Counted from the stretch's first letter, positions 31,845-43,678 are shown. The stretch is 64,000 nucleotides of DNA from an uncultured cyanobacterium (GCA_963744145.1 CAVUSO010000001.1:5664001-5728000), one strand, 5' to 3'. Numbers and translations are program-made. Notes: generated from the letters alone by a model not told the origin.

Positions 31845-34685
31845 ATGAAAATGGCAGATCATATGCAATCAATAGCACAGAATTTAGATCAAAAAAGTCT
31901 GGATCAAGAAACTTTGTTACATCGGATGACGAACCAAATTCGTCAATCTTTGGAATTGTCCGAGATTCTCAAGGTAACAGTAGAAGAAATTCGGTCTTTT
32001 TTGGGTACGGATCGAGTCATGATCTATCGATTTGATCAGGACAATTCTGGTGAAGTAATTGCGGAATCGATTAATGGAAATCGTCTCCCATCCCTCATCG
32101 GACTGCATTTTCCCGCTGATGATATTCCACTATCCTATCGAGAGTTACTACTCAACGCGAGAATTCGTTCCATTGTTGATGTGACCAGGGGGATGATTGG
32201 AGTAAGTCCATTAGATTGTAGTCAAACCGGTAAATCCTTAGAAACTAGAGAAATTACCTATCGAGCAGTAGACCCTTGTCATATCCAATATTTACGCACG
32301 ATGGGAGTGTCTTCTTCCTTAGTAGTACCAATTTTAGAACGGAATGTGCGCGAAGAAACAGCAACAAATCGTCTCTGGGGGTTATTGGTATCTCACCATT
32401 CCGAATCTCATTATGTGCTTGAACAAGATTTACAAGTAGTACAATTAATTGCAGATCAAGTATCAATCGCGATCGCTCAGTCAAATTTGCTAGCTCTGGA
32501 ACGAGAACGAGCTCAAAGAGAAGCAACCATCAACCAAGTTGCTACCCTATTACATGAATTACCAACCATCCATCTCCAATCAGCATTTAGCGAAACAGTT
32601 ACCCTACTTAATGGTGCGGGAGGACGTTTATATATATCACCCTCTGCTGATCAGGGAAGAGAAGTTTATTACTATGGTATTCAACCAAATATAACAGAAG
32701 AATTACAAGGATGCTTATTGGAAGAACATCCTATGTGGTGCAAACATTTTGATATTACTGTCCAAAACTCTTGTCGAGTCAACGGAATTTGGGCAATGAC
32801 CGATATTTATCAAGAAGCACAACTAGGAAAACTATCCTTTAGCTTTTTTAATACAAAAATTCGGGGAATGTTGGTAATTCCCTTACAATACCGTCAACAA
32901 TTTTTTGGTTATTTAACAATTTTTCGTCGTGAAATTGATACAGAAAAATTATGGGCTGGTAATTTCGACCTAGATCAACGTCAAGGTCGTCCTCGTCAAT
33001 CTTTTGAAGTTTGGAGACAGCTAAAAAAAGGTCAAGCTGATCGGTGGACTAGTGCTGATATTGAACTGGCGAAAGCTTTAGGTAATCATTTCTCCATGGC
33101 AATTCAGCAACATATATTGTATCACCAGGTTCAAGGACTAAATGCTAACCTAGAACTACAAGTGCAAAAACGCACTATGGAATTGCAGCAATCTTTGGAA
33201 TTTGCTAAGGTCTTGGGACGAGTGACCGAGCAAATGCGTAGCACCCTGGATTTAAAAACCACGTTGCAAATTATTGTCCGAGAAGTGCAATCCTTGTTGA
33301 ATAATGACCGAGTATTAATTTATCAACTTGCTCCTGATCGCTCTGGAGAAGTAATTGTGGAAGCAGTAAATGGGACATGGGCTTCAGCTTTGGGAATTAA
33401 AGCATCAGGGGAATGTTTTCCCGCTCAATATAACAATTTTTATCTGGAGCGAAAAGTTTGTGCTGTTAATAATACTGCTGAAGTAGAAATATCTCCTTGT
33501 TATCGAGAATTTTTGGAGACTCTTCAGGTCAAAGCTAAGTTAATTGTACCGATCGGGATTGGGTCCCAATTGTGGGGGTTACTAATTGCCCATGAATGCG
33601 GTTATCCCAGAATTTGGCAAAATAAGGAATTGGAGTTACTCAAACAACTAGCTGATCAAGCGGCGATCGCGATTCAACAAGCAGAACTTTATCAACAAAG
33701 CTGTAATACTGCTTTGATTGCGGAAGATAAAGCACGACAATTAGCTCAAACGTTAGATGATCTGCGCCAAACACAAGCCCAATTAATTCAAACCGAAAAA
33801 ATGTCTGGATTGGGTCAATTAGTTGCAGGGGTAGCTCACGAAATTAATAATCCAGTTAACTTTATCTACGGCAATATTGCTCATGCTAGTAACTATATTG
33901 AGGATTTGCTGGGATTAATCGAACTATATCAACAACATTACCCCAATCCGGATTCAGATATTAGTGATCTTTGTGATGCGATCGATTTACAATTTCTGAT
34001 CGAAGATTTGCCGAATATTTTATCTTCCATGAAAATTGGAGCCGATCGGATTCGTCAGTTAGTGCTATCCTTACGGAATTTCTCCCGTCTTGATCAAGCA
34101 GAAATGAAACCTGTGGATATTCACGAGGGGATTGATAGTACCTTGTTAATTTTACAGCATCGGTTAAAGAATAAAGCTGGGACTTTTCCAATTCAGATCA
34201 TTAAAGAATATGGTGATTTACCGCTAGTTGAATGCTACGCGGGTCAACTGAATCAGGTATTTATGAATGTGATTGGTAATGGAATAGATGCTTTAGAAGA
34301 ACGGGATGCACAGCGATCGCTAGAGGAAATTAAAGCACATCCGAGTAAAATTACCATCCGGAGTGCGGTAGTTATGGGAAATAATGGTAGTGGAGGTCGT
34401 GTGGTAATTAGGATTGCAGATAATGGGAAAGGAATGCCAGAATCAGTCCAAGCAAAGATTTTCGATCCTTTTTTTACGACTAAACCTGTTGGTAAAGGTA
34501 CGGGATTAGGACTATCAATTAGCTATCAAATTGTAGTAGAAAAACATGGTGGAGTTTTTAAATGTACTTCTCAACCGGATCAAGGAACTGAATTTTTGAT
34601 CGAAATTCCGATCCGACCAGCTCAAAATGTATCTACTGCTAATTTTGTTGCTATTCCTGTTTCCCATTCAGTCATTGCTAGTTAG
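31845..34685 (+). CDS. Knotless phytochrome (GAF-PHY) + second GAF + histidine kinase
   Basis: FPADDIP, DPCH, PRQSF tongue; second GAF with ECF/CY; H-box AHEINNP; G-boxes. Confidence 0.88.
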   Translation: MKMADHMQSIAQNLDQKSLDQETLLHRMTNQIRQSLELSEILKVTVEEIRSFLGTDRVMIYRFDQDNSGEVIAESINGNRLPSLIGLHFPADDIPLSYRELLLNARIRSIVDVTRGMIGVSPLDCSQTGKSLETREITYRAVDPCHIQYLRTMGVSSSLVVPILERNVREETATNRLWGLLVSHHSESHYVLEQDLQVVQLIADQVSIAIAQSNLLALERERAQREATINQVATLLHELPTIHLQSAFSETVTLLNGAGGRLYISPSADQGREVYYYGIQPNITEELQGCLLEEHPMWCKHFDITVQNSCRVNGIWAMTDIYQEAQLGKLSFSFFNTKIRGMLVIPLQYRQQFFGYLTIFRREIDTEKLWAGNFDLDQRQGRPRQSFEVWRQLKKGQADRWTSADIELAKALGNHFSMAIQQHILYHQVQGLNANLELQVQKRTMELQQSLEFAKVLGRVTEQMRSTLDLKTTLQIIVREVQSLLNNDRVLIYQLAPDRSGEVIVEAVNGTWASALGIKASGECFPAQYNNFYLERKVCAVNNTAEVEISPCYREFLETLQVKAKLIVPIGIGSQLWGLLIAHECGYPRIWQNKELELLKQLADQAAIAIQQAELYQQSCNTALIAEDKARQLAQTLDDLRQTQAQLIQTEKMSGLGQLVAGVAHEINNPVNFIYGNIAHASNYIEDLLGLIELYQQHYPNPDSDISDLCDAIDLQFLIEDLPNILSSMKIGADRIRQLVLSLRNFSRLDQAEMKPVDIHEGIDSTLLILQHRLKNKAGTFPIQIIKEYGDLPLVECYAGQLNQVFMNVIGNGIDALEERDAQRSLEEIKAHPSKITIRSAVVMGNNGSGGRVVIRIADNGKGMPESVQAKIFDPFFTTKPVGKGTGLGLSISYQIVVEKHGGVFKCTSQPDQGTEFLIEIPIRPAQNVSTANFVAIPVSHSVIAS

Positions 34686-34710
34686 AGGTAATCAGGATGT
34701 TGATTTTAGT

Positions 34711-35226
34711 TTATTGGAAGATAAAACTAAAATCATCAATAGTTAATTGACCATCAAAAGCATAAAAAGTTAGTCGGTAAATATTGTTAGTTTTGAGGGT
34801 AAGTTCCGCGTTGGGAGGGATAGGGGAATCAGAACCAGCTAAATTGGGACCAGGAATTTCTGCATGAGCAATTGGTTTATCATCGCGATCGTAAGCAGAT
34901 AAAACGGTACGACGGGAACTCGTGACAAAAGCGCTAATCCAAGTAATCGGATAGGTAAAAGTTACCTCTAACCAACCATTTTTTGGAGCTCCCATGAGAA
35001 CTGTCATCCCAGAACGACAGGGAAAAGCTGGATTGGAAGGATGAAGAGCGATCGCGTTACCAAAATTTACTCCCCAACGTTGAAATTGACGATCGACAAC
35101 TTCAAAGCATTTTAGATCTTCTAAGTCTAAACGGATCTGGGTGAGAGTTTGCAGGGGTAGGTTAGATAGATTAGGAGAATTATGATGGGGAGAAGCGATT
35201 ATGACTGGTGTATCCATTACTTCCAT
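34711..35226 (-). CDS. Conserved hypothetical protein
   Basis: 171-aa ORF with normal composition, directly downstream of the transglutaminase. Confidence 0.6.
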   Translation of the reverse strand: MEVMDTPVIIASPHHNSPNLSNLPLQTLTQIRLDLEDLKCFEVVDRQFQRWGVNFGNAIALHPSNPAFPCRSGMTVLMGAPKNGWLEVTFTYPITWISAFVTSSRRTVLSAYDRDDKPIAHAEIPGPNLAGSDSPIPPNAELTLKTNNIYRLTFYAFDGQLTIDDFSFIFQ

Positions 35227-35233
35227 CTCTAGT

Positions 35234-36097
35234 TCAGTTAGCTGAATCTAACTCTGATAAGGATTCCAACAATATCTTAAATTGCATTTGAGCTTTCGCA
35301 CTAGTGTCGCGCAAAAAACCAGAAACTGGAGTAGTATCAGTGGGACTTGGACTTGCAACTACTGCAATGTGACGATCAGCTACAGCTAATCCTTGAGTTG
35401 GATCATAACCACACCACCCACCTCCAGGTAAGTATACTTCAACCCAAGCATGAAGATGTCTTTCTTCTTGGTCCGGATCTCCTTCTTGATAACCACTGAC
35501 AAACCGAGCAGCTAAACCAACTGCTCGACAAGCTTCCATAAATAAAACTGCGACATCACGACAACTACCAGATTTTTGTTTCCAGGTGATTCCGGGTGGT
35601 AAGGGATCACCATCTATTCGGATTTGATACTGACAATTTTCGTAGAGCTGTTGATTGAGCTGAGTCAAAAAAGCGGAAGTTTCCCCCTTGACAGTGTGAC
35701 TGATTTCTTGAGCTAAGGTGAAAATTGCTGGATCGATTTGACTTGATCCTAAATAAGGTTGCAATTTAGCCAACAAAGATATAGAATAATCGATGGGGAT
35801 TTTGGTTGCTCCCCGATCGAGGATATAATTAAAAGGATTATCACGATAAGTTTCTACTTCTGTTGTGGCTGTAATTTGGAGACTATCGGTAGCATCCCTA
35901 AACCAAATTTTTACAATTGAATTGCCATCTAGGTCAACTATTTGGGAAATTCCCCTGGGTTCCGGTACAATTTTTAAAGAGAAAAATTGCACTGATTGGG
36001 TACTATCACAACGCGATCGCAACCGGAGAATATGGGGTTCTAGGAAAACAGTCCGGTCATAATTATATTCAATCTGGTGAACAATTTGATAGCGCAT
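35234..36097 (-). CDS. Transglutaminase-like family protein
   Basis: GSCRD, ARFVSGY, HAWVEVYLPG.GW..DPT. Confidence 0.92.
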   Translation of the reverse strand: MRYQIVHQIEYNYDRTVFLEPHILRLRSRCDSTQSVQFFSLKIVPEPRGISQIVDLDGNSIVKIWFRDATDSLQITATTEVETYRDNPFNYILDRGATKIPIDYSISLLAKLQPYLGSSQIDPAIFTLAQEISHTVKGETSAFLTQLNQQLYENCQYQIRIDGDPLPPGITWKQKSGSCRDVAVLFMEACRAVGLAARFVSGYQEGDPDQEERHLHAWVEVYLPGGGWCGYDPTQGLAVADRHIAVVASPSPTDTTPVSGFLRDTSAKAQMQFKILLESLSELDSAN

Positions 36098-36133
36098 TCG
36101 AGATTTTTAAATTTGGTTTGTAGACAAGAAAGC

Positions 36134-36324
36134 TGAAATAACTAGGACAGTCAAGATGACTGTCCCACAAAAGTTATTTTTCTGGTGGGACAGACAAGAT
36201 GTCTGTCCAATAAAATGATTTTTGCTAGGTTGAAATAACTAGGACAGTCAAGATGACTGTCCCACAAAAGTTATTTTTCTGGTGGGACAGACATCTTGTC
36301 TGTCCAATAAAATGATTTTTGCTA
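36134..36324. repeat. Two tandem ~97-bp copies of the GGACAG..AAGATG..CTGTCCCAC MITE/REP variant
   Basis: Direct tandem duplication; related to the 14073 element. Confidence 0.8.
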
Positions 36325-36329
36325 GAGTT

Positions 36330-37298
36330 CTAGGAGCAGATCGGTTCAACTGCAAAAAAAGTTGCAAAAATCTTATCCCCCACTTCATAAATCTGCTGCT
36401 GTAAATGATTCAAAACCTCATGTAAACCAGTCTGAAAAATATCATCAATGGTTAAATAATCTAGTTCTGACCGTAAACGACCTAACGCACGTTCTACCGG
36501 ATCTCTCCAAGTTCCCATTGCGCTTCCAGTAATCTGATGTAATGATAATTCACTCGCAACTAAACAAGAGCGAATTGCGCGGGGAAAATCCCGATCTAAA
36601 ATCAAAAAATCTGCTACTTCCAGAGGTGTAATTCGATGTAGACTGCTCCGTTTACGATACATTTCATAAGCACTAGCTGATTTTAGCAAAGCCATCCACT
36701 GAATTTCATCTAATGTCGTACCTACATCCTTAACCGAAGGTAACAAAATAAAATACTTTACATCTAAAATTCTAGCAGTTTTATCAGCTCTTTCCAACAA
36801 CCGTCCTAATTGACCAAAATGCCATCCCTCATTATGAGTCATGGTAGCATCCATTACTCCAGCAAACAAATGACTAGCCATTTTTACCTGACTAAAAAAA
36901 TCATGGATATCTGGGAGCGATCGCAGCGATCGATTAGAAGTAAATTCTTTTACCATCAGATAAAACGCATTCACTTGTTCCCACATTTCCGAGGAAATAA
37001 TTTCGCGAATAGAACGAGCATTTTCCCGAGCTAAGTACAAACAAGATAGAATCGAATTAGGATAGTTGCTATCAAAAGCTAGAAACTGAATTACATTTTC
37101 GGCTGTTGCTTGATCATAACAACTATTGAACAATACCTGATCACCCATAGTGATCACTAGAGGTTCCCACTGTTGAGTAATCCCACTAGGAGAATCTAAA
37201 ATCAGATTGAGATTAGCATCAATAAACCTAGCAACATTTTCAGCTCGTTCAACATAGCGATTGAGCCAATAGATCGAATTAGCAACACGACTTAGCAT
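36330..37298 (-). CDS. Alpha-E domain protein
   Basis: MLSRVA..YW..RY.ERAEN.AR, ARENAR, GR.LERAD. Confidence 0.92.
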   Translation of the reverse strand: MLSRVANSIYWLNRYVERAENVARFIDANLNLILDSPSGITQQWEPLVITMGDQVLFNSCYDQATAENVIQFLAFDSNYPNSILSCLYLARENARSIREIISSEMWEQVNAFYLMVKEFTSNRSLRSLPDIHDFFSQVKMASHLFAGVMDATMTHNEGWHFGQLGRLLERADKTARILDVKYFILLPSVKDVGTTLDEIQWMALLKSASAYEMYRKRSSLHRITPLEVADFLILDRDFPRAIRSCLVASELSLHQITGSAMGTWRDPVERALGRLRSELDYLTIDDIFQTGLHEVLNHLQQQIYEVGDKIFATFFAVEPICS

Positions 37299-37315
37299 AA
37301 TTAAATATTCACAAA

Positions 37316-38749
37316 TTATTCAGTCAGTACCCAGGTATCTTTACTCCCTCCACCTTGAGAGGAATTAACTACCAAACAACCTTTTTTCAGAGCTACCCGA
37401 GTTAAACCACCGGGATTAACATAAGTATTCTGACCATAAAGAACATAAGGTCGTAAATCGACATGACATCCTTCAAAATGATCATCGATGATTGTCGGTA
37501 CTCGGGACAGACAAAGAGTAGGTTGGGCAATATAATTGCGGAGATGAGCTTGAATAAGTTCGGCAAATTTTTCGCGTTCCGCTGGGGTCGCATGGGGACC
37601 AACTAACATCCCATAGCCACCTGATTCATTAGCAGATTTTACTACCAGTTGCTCCAGATTGGCAAGGACATATTCTCGGTGCTTGGCTTCCCAGCACATA
37701 TAAGTAGGTACATTCGCTAAAATTTGTTCTTCACCCAAATAATAACGAATCATCTCAGGTACATAAGCATAGATCACTTTATCATCAGCAATCCCCGTAC
37801 CTAAAGCATTAGCAACCGCAACTCGACCCGAACGATATACTTCCATAAACCCAGGAATACCTAACTGGGAATCGGGACGAAATACTAAAGGATCGATAAA
37901 ATCATCATCAATGCGACGATAAACTACGTCAACTCGCTGTAAACCTTTAGTAGTACGCATTTGTAAATAACCATCTGCTACTACTAAGTCTCCTGCTTCT
38001 ACCAGTTCGACTCCCATTTGTTGGGCTAAAAAAGAATGCTCGAAGTAAGCAGAGTTGTAAATTCCTGGGGTTAAAACGACCACATTTGGATTTTGTAAAG
38101 TCCGTGGAGCAAGGTTGAGTAAAGTTTCCAGAAGATGACTCGGATAATCATCCACTGGTTGAATGGGCATACTAGTAAAAACTTGGGTAAAGGTACTTTT
38201 CATTACCCGTCGATTTTCTAAAACGTAGGAAACTCCAGAAGGACAACGCAGATTATCTTCCAGAACGTACCATTTACCATCGCGATCGCGAACTAAATCT
38301 GTACCCGTAATGTGACACCAGATCCCCTGGGGTGGTTTTAAACCCATACAGGGTGGTAAAAATCCTTTAGCAGAATAAATTATTTCTCCGGGAATAATCT
38401 TGTCTTTGATAATTTTCTGTTGGTCATAAATATCTGCTAAAAATAGATTAAGGGCATGAATGCGCTGTTTTAGACCTCGTTCGATCGTAGCCCATTCCTG
38501 AGCAGCAATAATCCGAGGGATGATATCAAAGGGAAATATCCGTTCCGTCCCCTGACTGTCCCCATAAACATTGAAAGTCACCCCGAGTTTAAACAAAGCA
38601 ATTTGTGCTGCTTGTTGTCTTTGTAAGAGTTCTCCATCTCCGAGAGCATGAATTTTCTCGATCAGGGGACTTACTTCAGGACGAGGTTTCCCTTTCGTGA
38701 TGAATAGCTCATCATAAAAATCTTCTGGGTCGTAATTATCAAATCGCAC
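37316..38749 (-). CDS. Circularly permuted type 2 ATP-grasp protein
   Basis: [36 protein letters not shown]. Confidence 0.95.
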   Translation of the reverse strand: MRFDNYDPEDFYDELFITKGKPRPEVSPLIEKIHALGDGELLQRQQAAQIALFKLGVTFNVYGDSQGTERIFPFDIIPRIIAAQEWATIERGLKQRIHALNLFLADIYDQQKIIKDKIIPGEIIYSAKGFLPPCMGLKPPQGIWCHITGTDLVRDRDGKWYVLEDNLRCPSGVSYVLENRRVMKSTFTQVFTSMPIQPVDDYPSHLLETLLNLAPRTLQNPNVVVLTPGIYNSAYFEHSFLAQQMGVELVEAGDLVVADGYLQMRTTKGLQRVDVVYRRIDDDFIDPLVFRPDSQLGIPGFMEVYRSGRVAVANALGTGIADDKVIYAYVPEMIRYYLGEEQILANVPTYMCWEAKHREYVLANLEQLVVKSANESGGYGMLVGPHATPAEREKFAELIQAHLRNYIAQPTLCLSRVPTIIDDHFEGCHVDLRPYVLYGQNTYVNPGGLTRVALKKGCLVVNSSQGGGSKDTWVLTE

Positions 38750-38910
38750 TTTAGACTGGTTTTGCTTAATTGACGATCTAGACCTTATCAGCTTTTATCA
38801 GTGCATCATGTTCTGGGATAACATTTTGAAGCTCATAATCTTTTCTTTTGGCAAATAAATTGTAAATTTTAGTTAATCTGGTTGAGTGGCACTAAGCAAG
38901 AGGAGATAAT

Positions 38911-40338
38911 ATGAAAGAACACCCAAGTAAAAAATTTGTTCACCATGGGGCGATCGCTGCGGTCGGAATTACTCTATTAACCGTTGATTCCCTAGCATTT
39001 TTTGGACCAAAAGCCTTAGCTCGGAATACTTTTGTGGATATTCAGGGTTATTGGGCTCAAAATTGTATCGAACAGCTAGCACAACGGGATATTTTAACGG
39101 GTTACCCAGATGGGACTTTTAAACCAAATGCACCCTTGACTAAGGCTGAGTTTGCGGCTATTTTACTGAAAGCTTTTCCTGGTGCGAATCAGGTCCGTCC
39201 CACCATCTCATTTAAGGATGTTCCTCCCGAATCTTGGTCAGCTAATGCGATTCAAACTGCTCAAGAAAGAGGTTTTATATCTGGATCTTCCTATCAAGTC
39301 TTTAATCCGAACCAGCAAGTTTCCCGTGTGGAAGCTTTAGTTAGTTTGACGAATGGATTAAAATATAAACCGACAACTTTAACTGTGGATGACTTAAATA
39401 AAGTTTTTGATGATGCAAAAGATATTCCTGAGTATGCTCGGATCGGAATACTAGCAGCAATAGAGAAACGTTTAATTGTTAATTATCCTCAAATTAGATT
39501 ACTCAATCCTAATCAGAATGTAACCCGATCAGAAGTGGCAACTTTTTTATGTCAAGCAACCGCAACTTCTACACAACCATCAGGAGTACCCCTTGAGTAT
39601 ATTGTTGATATACCAACAACCACCCAGGATGCTCAAACAGATGTTCAAACCTTTGGTAATGTTCGAGCCGAAGTTTCCTATCAGAAACAAAACTATGCTT
39701 TAAGCAATCTGCGTTTAAAAATAATTCGACAAGGTCAAACATTACTAGATCAAATTATCCCAGTTCAAGGTAGTATCAACCGTTCTGTTGGTGTAACCGT
39801 GCGAGATTTAGATGGGGATGGAGAACCGGAAGTGTTAGTTGATATATTTACCCGTGGAGAAGGGTGCTGTTCCTATTCTTTAATTTATCGTTATTTACGT
39901 CATCCCAATAGTTATATTTCAATTCAACAGAATTGGGGTAATGTTAAATATAAATTGAAGGAAAATAATCAAGATAATTTACCAGAATTTGATAGTTTTA
40001 ATTATAAATTTGCCCTCCCATCTGAAGAAAATCAAACTGATTTGGTATTTCCACGTCAAATTTGGCAATATCGTCAAGGTCAGATGTTTGATGTTACCCG
40101 TCAACGTCCTGATTTAGTTCGCAGTCATGCGACCATGTTGTGGCAAAATTATCAACAGCGACTTCAAGCAAAACAGGATGTAAAAGGAGTTTTAGCTGCT
40201 TATTTAGCAGATAAATGTCTGTTAGGTCAAAGTCAGGAAGGTTGGAGTGATGTCCAGCGTGTTTATGATGGTGCCGATCGCTCTGAATATTTGATTAATT
40301 TGCAGACTTCTCTTCGCAATGCTGGTTATTTAAGATAA
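38911..40338 (+). CDS. S-layer homology (SLH) domain protein
   Basis: GYPDGTFKPN, TRSEVA SLH repeats. Confidence 0.85.
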   Translation: MKEHPSKKFVHHGAIAAVGITLLTVDSLAFFGPKALARNTFVDIQGYWAQNCIEQLAQRDILTGYPDGTFKPNAPLTKAEFAAILLKAFPGANQVRPTISFKDVPPESWSANAIQTAQERGFISGSSYQVFNPNQQVSRVEALVSLTNGLKYKPTTLTVDDLNKVFDDAKDIPEYARIGILAAIEKRLIVNYPQIRLLNPNQNVTRSEVATFLCQATATSTQPSGVPLEYIVDIPTTTQDAQTDVQTFGNVRAEVSYQKQNYALSNLRLKIIRQGQTLLDQIIPVQGSINRSVGVTVRDLDGDGEPEVLVDIFTRGEGCCSYSLIYRYLRHPNSYISIQQNWGNVKYKLKENNQDNLPEFDSFNYKFALPSEENQTDLVFPRQIWQYRQGQMFDVTRQRPDLVRSHATMLWQNYQQRLQAKQDVKGVLAAYLADKCLLGQSQEGWSDVQRVYDGADRSEYLINLQTSLRNAGYLR

Positions 40339-40368
40339 AATAGAGATGATCCAAGGATTCAATCTACC

Positions 40369-40600
40369 ATGCCAGATCTGATTACTATACCTGGAATACC
40401 TGAACTTTGGACTCATACCAAAGGTGACTCCCGAATTAAAATTGCTATTCTTGATGGTGCTGCTGACTTAGATCGTGCTTGTTTTCAATGGGCAAATTTT
40501 ACTCAGTTTAAACCCTATTGGACAGAAGATATTGAACTCATTGATGAGTATTACCATTACCTGAAATTAGCAACAGATTTTAACCAACAGCAAAAAGCAA
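40369..40600 (+). pseudogene. 5' fragment of a PatG/PatA-type cyanobactin subtilisin protease
   Basis: MPDLITIPGIPELWTHTKGDSRIKIAILDG..D..RACF resembles the N-terminus of these protease domains; truncated after ~77 codons. Confidence 0.7.
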
Positions 40601-40757
40601 AAAATAGAAAGAGACAATTGGCAATTTGGATATTAACACCCGATTCTGGCGGTATTTCAATTAATTCTCCGTTGAATAATTCATAGAACTTTTCTGAATT
40701 ATTGTCGGATCGCAGATAGTCGGTAAAGCTTTCAAATCGAGGTTTAATAGTTAGCAT
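40600..40757 (-). pseudogene. 5' fragment of a Uma2 family endonuclease
   Basis: F..YL....YEL.NGELIEIPPES..N..IA; truncated against the PatG fragment. Confidence 0.7.
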
Positions 40758-40768
40758 CTCAATAGTCC

Positions 40769-41383
40769 CTAGCTCTGATTAATCCCTTTTAATAGCTGAA
40801 GTCTTGCCTCTAAAATATCAGGTATTTGTAGACACTGTAATAGTAAATCTATATCTAAACCTGGTAAAAGTTCACTTCGCGTAATTTGCACATAACCGGA
40901 TTCTCGCAAATGGTATAAAGACAATTGATTATTTTGCCAAAACCAAACTTCAGGAATAAGAAAGCGACGATATTTTTCCAGTTTATCGATGCTTCCACTG
41001 GTAATAATAATTTCAATTGCCAAATCAGGATGACTCTTTTTTTCTCCTAAATAATAAGACTCATCGGGTTCAAAAGAAACTTGTTTAGTTTGATCTTGTC
41101 GAGTCGCACTACCGACAGGAAAAAATCTTATTCTTTTTTCAACAAAATAAACTTCTAATAAGAATCTTAAAATACCTTTAATACCTTCGTGAGTTTCCCC
41201 TAATGTCATAAGTTCTATCTTGCCATCTAAATAAGTTATTCGCAAACCCAGTGGAGCCGCTAGCAATGCTTCTAAATCTAGAAATTGCTGCCAACTGTAA
41301 TAACTAGGTAAGGTTAAACATTGTTCATCAATTGAATTATTTTTGTCGATGGGATCGGCTTTTTCAATTAGTTGGATGGTCAT
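40769..41383 (-). CDS. Uma2 family endonuclease
   Basis: EPDESY, PDLAIEI, IPEVW. Confidence 0.9.
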   Translation of the reverse strand: MTIQLIEKADPIDKNNSIDEQCLTLPSYYSWQQFLDLEALLAAPLGLRITYLDGKIELMTLGETHEGIKGILRFLLEVYFVEKRIRFFPVGSATRQDQTKQVSFEPDESYYLGEKKSHPDLAIEIIITSGSIDKLEKYRRFLIPEVWFWQNNQLSLYHLRESGYVQITRSELLPGLDIDLLLQCLQIPDILEARLQLLKGINQS

Positions 41384-41939
41384 AATTTAAAGTGTTTGAT
41401 GTGCGTGCTAGAATTAAGGGAAATACTCGGCGTCATTGACATAACGGGATCATATTCAGGTACTGGACGATTTGTCAAGTTGTTCATCTCAGTTTGGTTA
41501 GTAAATTTCTTCAGTTTATTCTTCATCTTGTTGGGCAAGTCTGGGTGTTCAAGTGCAAGCTAATTTTCAATCCTTCCTGCATTCAGTTCTGATTGGGTTG
41601 ACGGCGATCGCGAGATTAATAACTATATTAGTACGAAAGAAGCGAGCAACTCATTAAAGTTTTATATTTAGCGATCGCACTTCCAACTTATATCAATCAT
41701 TTATCGAAAAATTTTGAGGCGATCGCTCTGGGCGTTATTTATGAAGTATAAAGGTGAATTAATCGAGAGTTAGGAATTCCCTAGGAGTAATTATCTGGTG
41801 AATGATATTCAGCTAGAATCTTGAGTGATAAAAGGTCTTGATCTCCTGTAATTAAAAATATGGTTTTATTCTACATATGAAATAAAACGTTTAAAGATTT
41901 TGGGTAGTGCGACTAACTTGGTGGAAATTGATTTATTAC

Positions 41940-42173
41940 GTCAAGTGTTTGTAAGTATAAGCTTTGGCTAGACGTACCCAATGTTCTAGGAGCAAGTACC
42001 GATCAAGTTCGATTTCCTCTAGGCGCTCAAGGGTGCCAGATTTGTTACGTTTCAGTAGCTCACTCATCCTAGCTCGTCAGGCGGGCGTGGGACGAATGGG
42101 CTTCCGGAAGGCGATCGCCCAATAGTTGTAGTCTTTCACCGAGGGGTTCAGGGACTTCTAGGATGACTTACAT
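41940..42173 (-). pseudogene. Decayed small antitoxin-like gene
   Basis: Reads M*VILEVPEPLGERLQLLGDRLPE...MSELLKRNKSGTL..EEIELDRYLLLEHWVRLAKA with a stop and frameshifts. Confidence 0.55.
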
Positions 42174-42343
42174 GATTTTGGCAAGATTTTGGAACAGTCA
42201 GATTTTTGGCAGAGCTTGGAGGATCATTTAATCAAATCTCAGCTCTAAAAATCACCACAAATCCCAAAATTGAGGCTCAGACTTTTATGATGGAAGATAG
42301 GTTAGGTTTGTAGTTTTTATGGATCGGATTGGGAGTTTTGAGC

Positions 42344-43117
42344 ATGGCTTTTGTGTTTCCTGGGATGAATCCTTATTTGGAGCATCCCTCACTCTGGGCA
42401 GGAATTCATCATCGATTGATTACGGCGATCGCGAATGACTTAGCACCGCAAATTCGCCCCAAATACATTGTTGCTATTGAAGAAAGAGTCTATGAGATGA
42501 ATGGAAGCACAGTCATGGTGGGTGTGCCAGATGTTTCCGTCCAAAGTTCACTCTCTTTATCACTAACAACTCCATCTAATTTGGCGGTGGTTTCTTCAAG
42601 TACACAGCCAATTGATGTGATCTTACCATTACCAGAGATTTTGACAGAGGGATATTTAGAAATTCGCGCTGTTGAAACAGAGGAAGTTATTACTATTATT
42701 GAGGTGCTTTCTCCCAAAAATAAACAAGTAGGAGTGGGGCGGTTGCAATATGAAACAAAACGTTTAAAGATTTTGGGTAGTGCGACTCACTTGGTGGAAA
42801 TTGATTTATTACGTCAGGGAAATCCCATGCCAATGATCGAACAAATTCAAAGTCACTATAGAATTCTAGTTAGCCGGAGCGAAACTCGTCCGAAAGCTAA
42901 ACTTTATGGGTTTAATTTGCAAGATCAGATTCCTGAATTTCTGATCCCACTAAGGTGTGGCGAACCTGAACCTATAATCAACTTAAACCTATTACTCAAT
43001 GAAATTTATGACCAAGGCAGTTATGACTTAAGAATTAATTACAGCCGTCCTCCGATTCCTACCTTGTCAGAACTTGATCTGGTCTGGGTAAATGAGCAAT
43101 TGCAACCGCAGAAATAG
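42344..43117 (+). CDS. DUF4058 family protein
   Basis: FPGMNPYLE, IEVLSPKNK, HLVEIDLLR. Confidence 0.85.
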   Translation: MAFVFPGMNPYLEHPSLWAGIHHRLITAIANDLAPQIRPKYIVAIEERVYEMNGSTVMVGVPDVSVQSSLSLSLTTPSNLAVVSSSTQPIDVILPLPEILTEGYLEIRAVETEEVITIIEVLSPKNKQVGVGRLQYETKRLKILGSATHLVEIDLLRQGNPMPMIEQIQSHYRILVSRSETRPKAKLYGFNLQDQIPEFLIPLRCGEPEPIINLNLLLNEIYDQGSYDLRINYSRPPIPTLSELDLVWVNEQLQPQK

Positions 43118-43198
43118 ATACTTCCGCATCAATTCCTTTTCTATACTCGGAATACCTGAACATTTATAATTTGTTGAGAAACTGGTTTAGGAGTTTTT

Positions 43199-43678
43199 AT
43201 GACTACTCCCTTACAACAAGTCCCTGTTGAAAATCTAGAGCTTTATGAACAAGATTACTATTTGTGGATGGTAACAACCGCTAATTTACTGCGCGATCGC
43301 CGTTGGGAAGAAATTGATTTTGAACATCTAATTGCAGAAATAGAAGAGATGGGTAAGGATAAACGACGTGAGTTAAAAAGTAGATTGGTGGTACTACTCA
43401 TACATATTCTCAAATATCAATATCAAATCGAAAAACGCTCCTCAAGTTGGGTCAGCACAATTTTGGAACAGCATGACCAAATTGAATATCTGTTAGAAGA
43501 TAGCCCCAGTCTAAAACCTTATTATCTAGAAATATTTAAGCAGTGCTATTCTAAAGCAATTCGCAATGCTAGCACCGAAACTAAATTGCCTGTGAATGCT
43601 TTTCCTAGTGAGTCTCTTTTTTCCCCTGAAGATGTCATTAATTCTGATTTCATTTTTGCTCTAGTTAACCAGGATTAG
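43199..43678 (+). CDS. DUF29 family protein
   Basis: LYEQDYYLW, LIAEIEEMG, SPSLK. Confidence 0.9.
   Translation: MTTPLQQVPVENLELYEQDYYLWMVTTANLLRDRRWEEIDFEHLIAEIEEMGKDKRRELKSRLVVLLIHILKYQYQIEKRSSSWVSTILEQHDQIEYLLEDSPSLKPYYLEIFKQCYSKAIRNASTETKLPVNAFPSESLFSPEDVINSDFIFALVNQD

Noticed and set aside
41875..42816. Diversity-generating retroelement TR/VR pair
   Set aside because: Only two mismatches, not adenine-specific, and no reverse transcriptase in the window.
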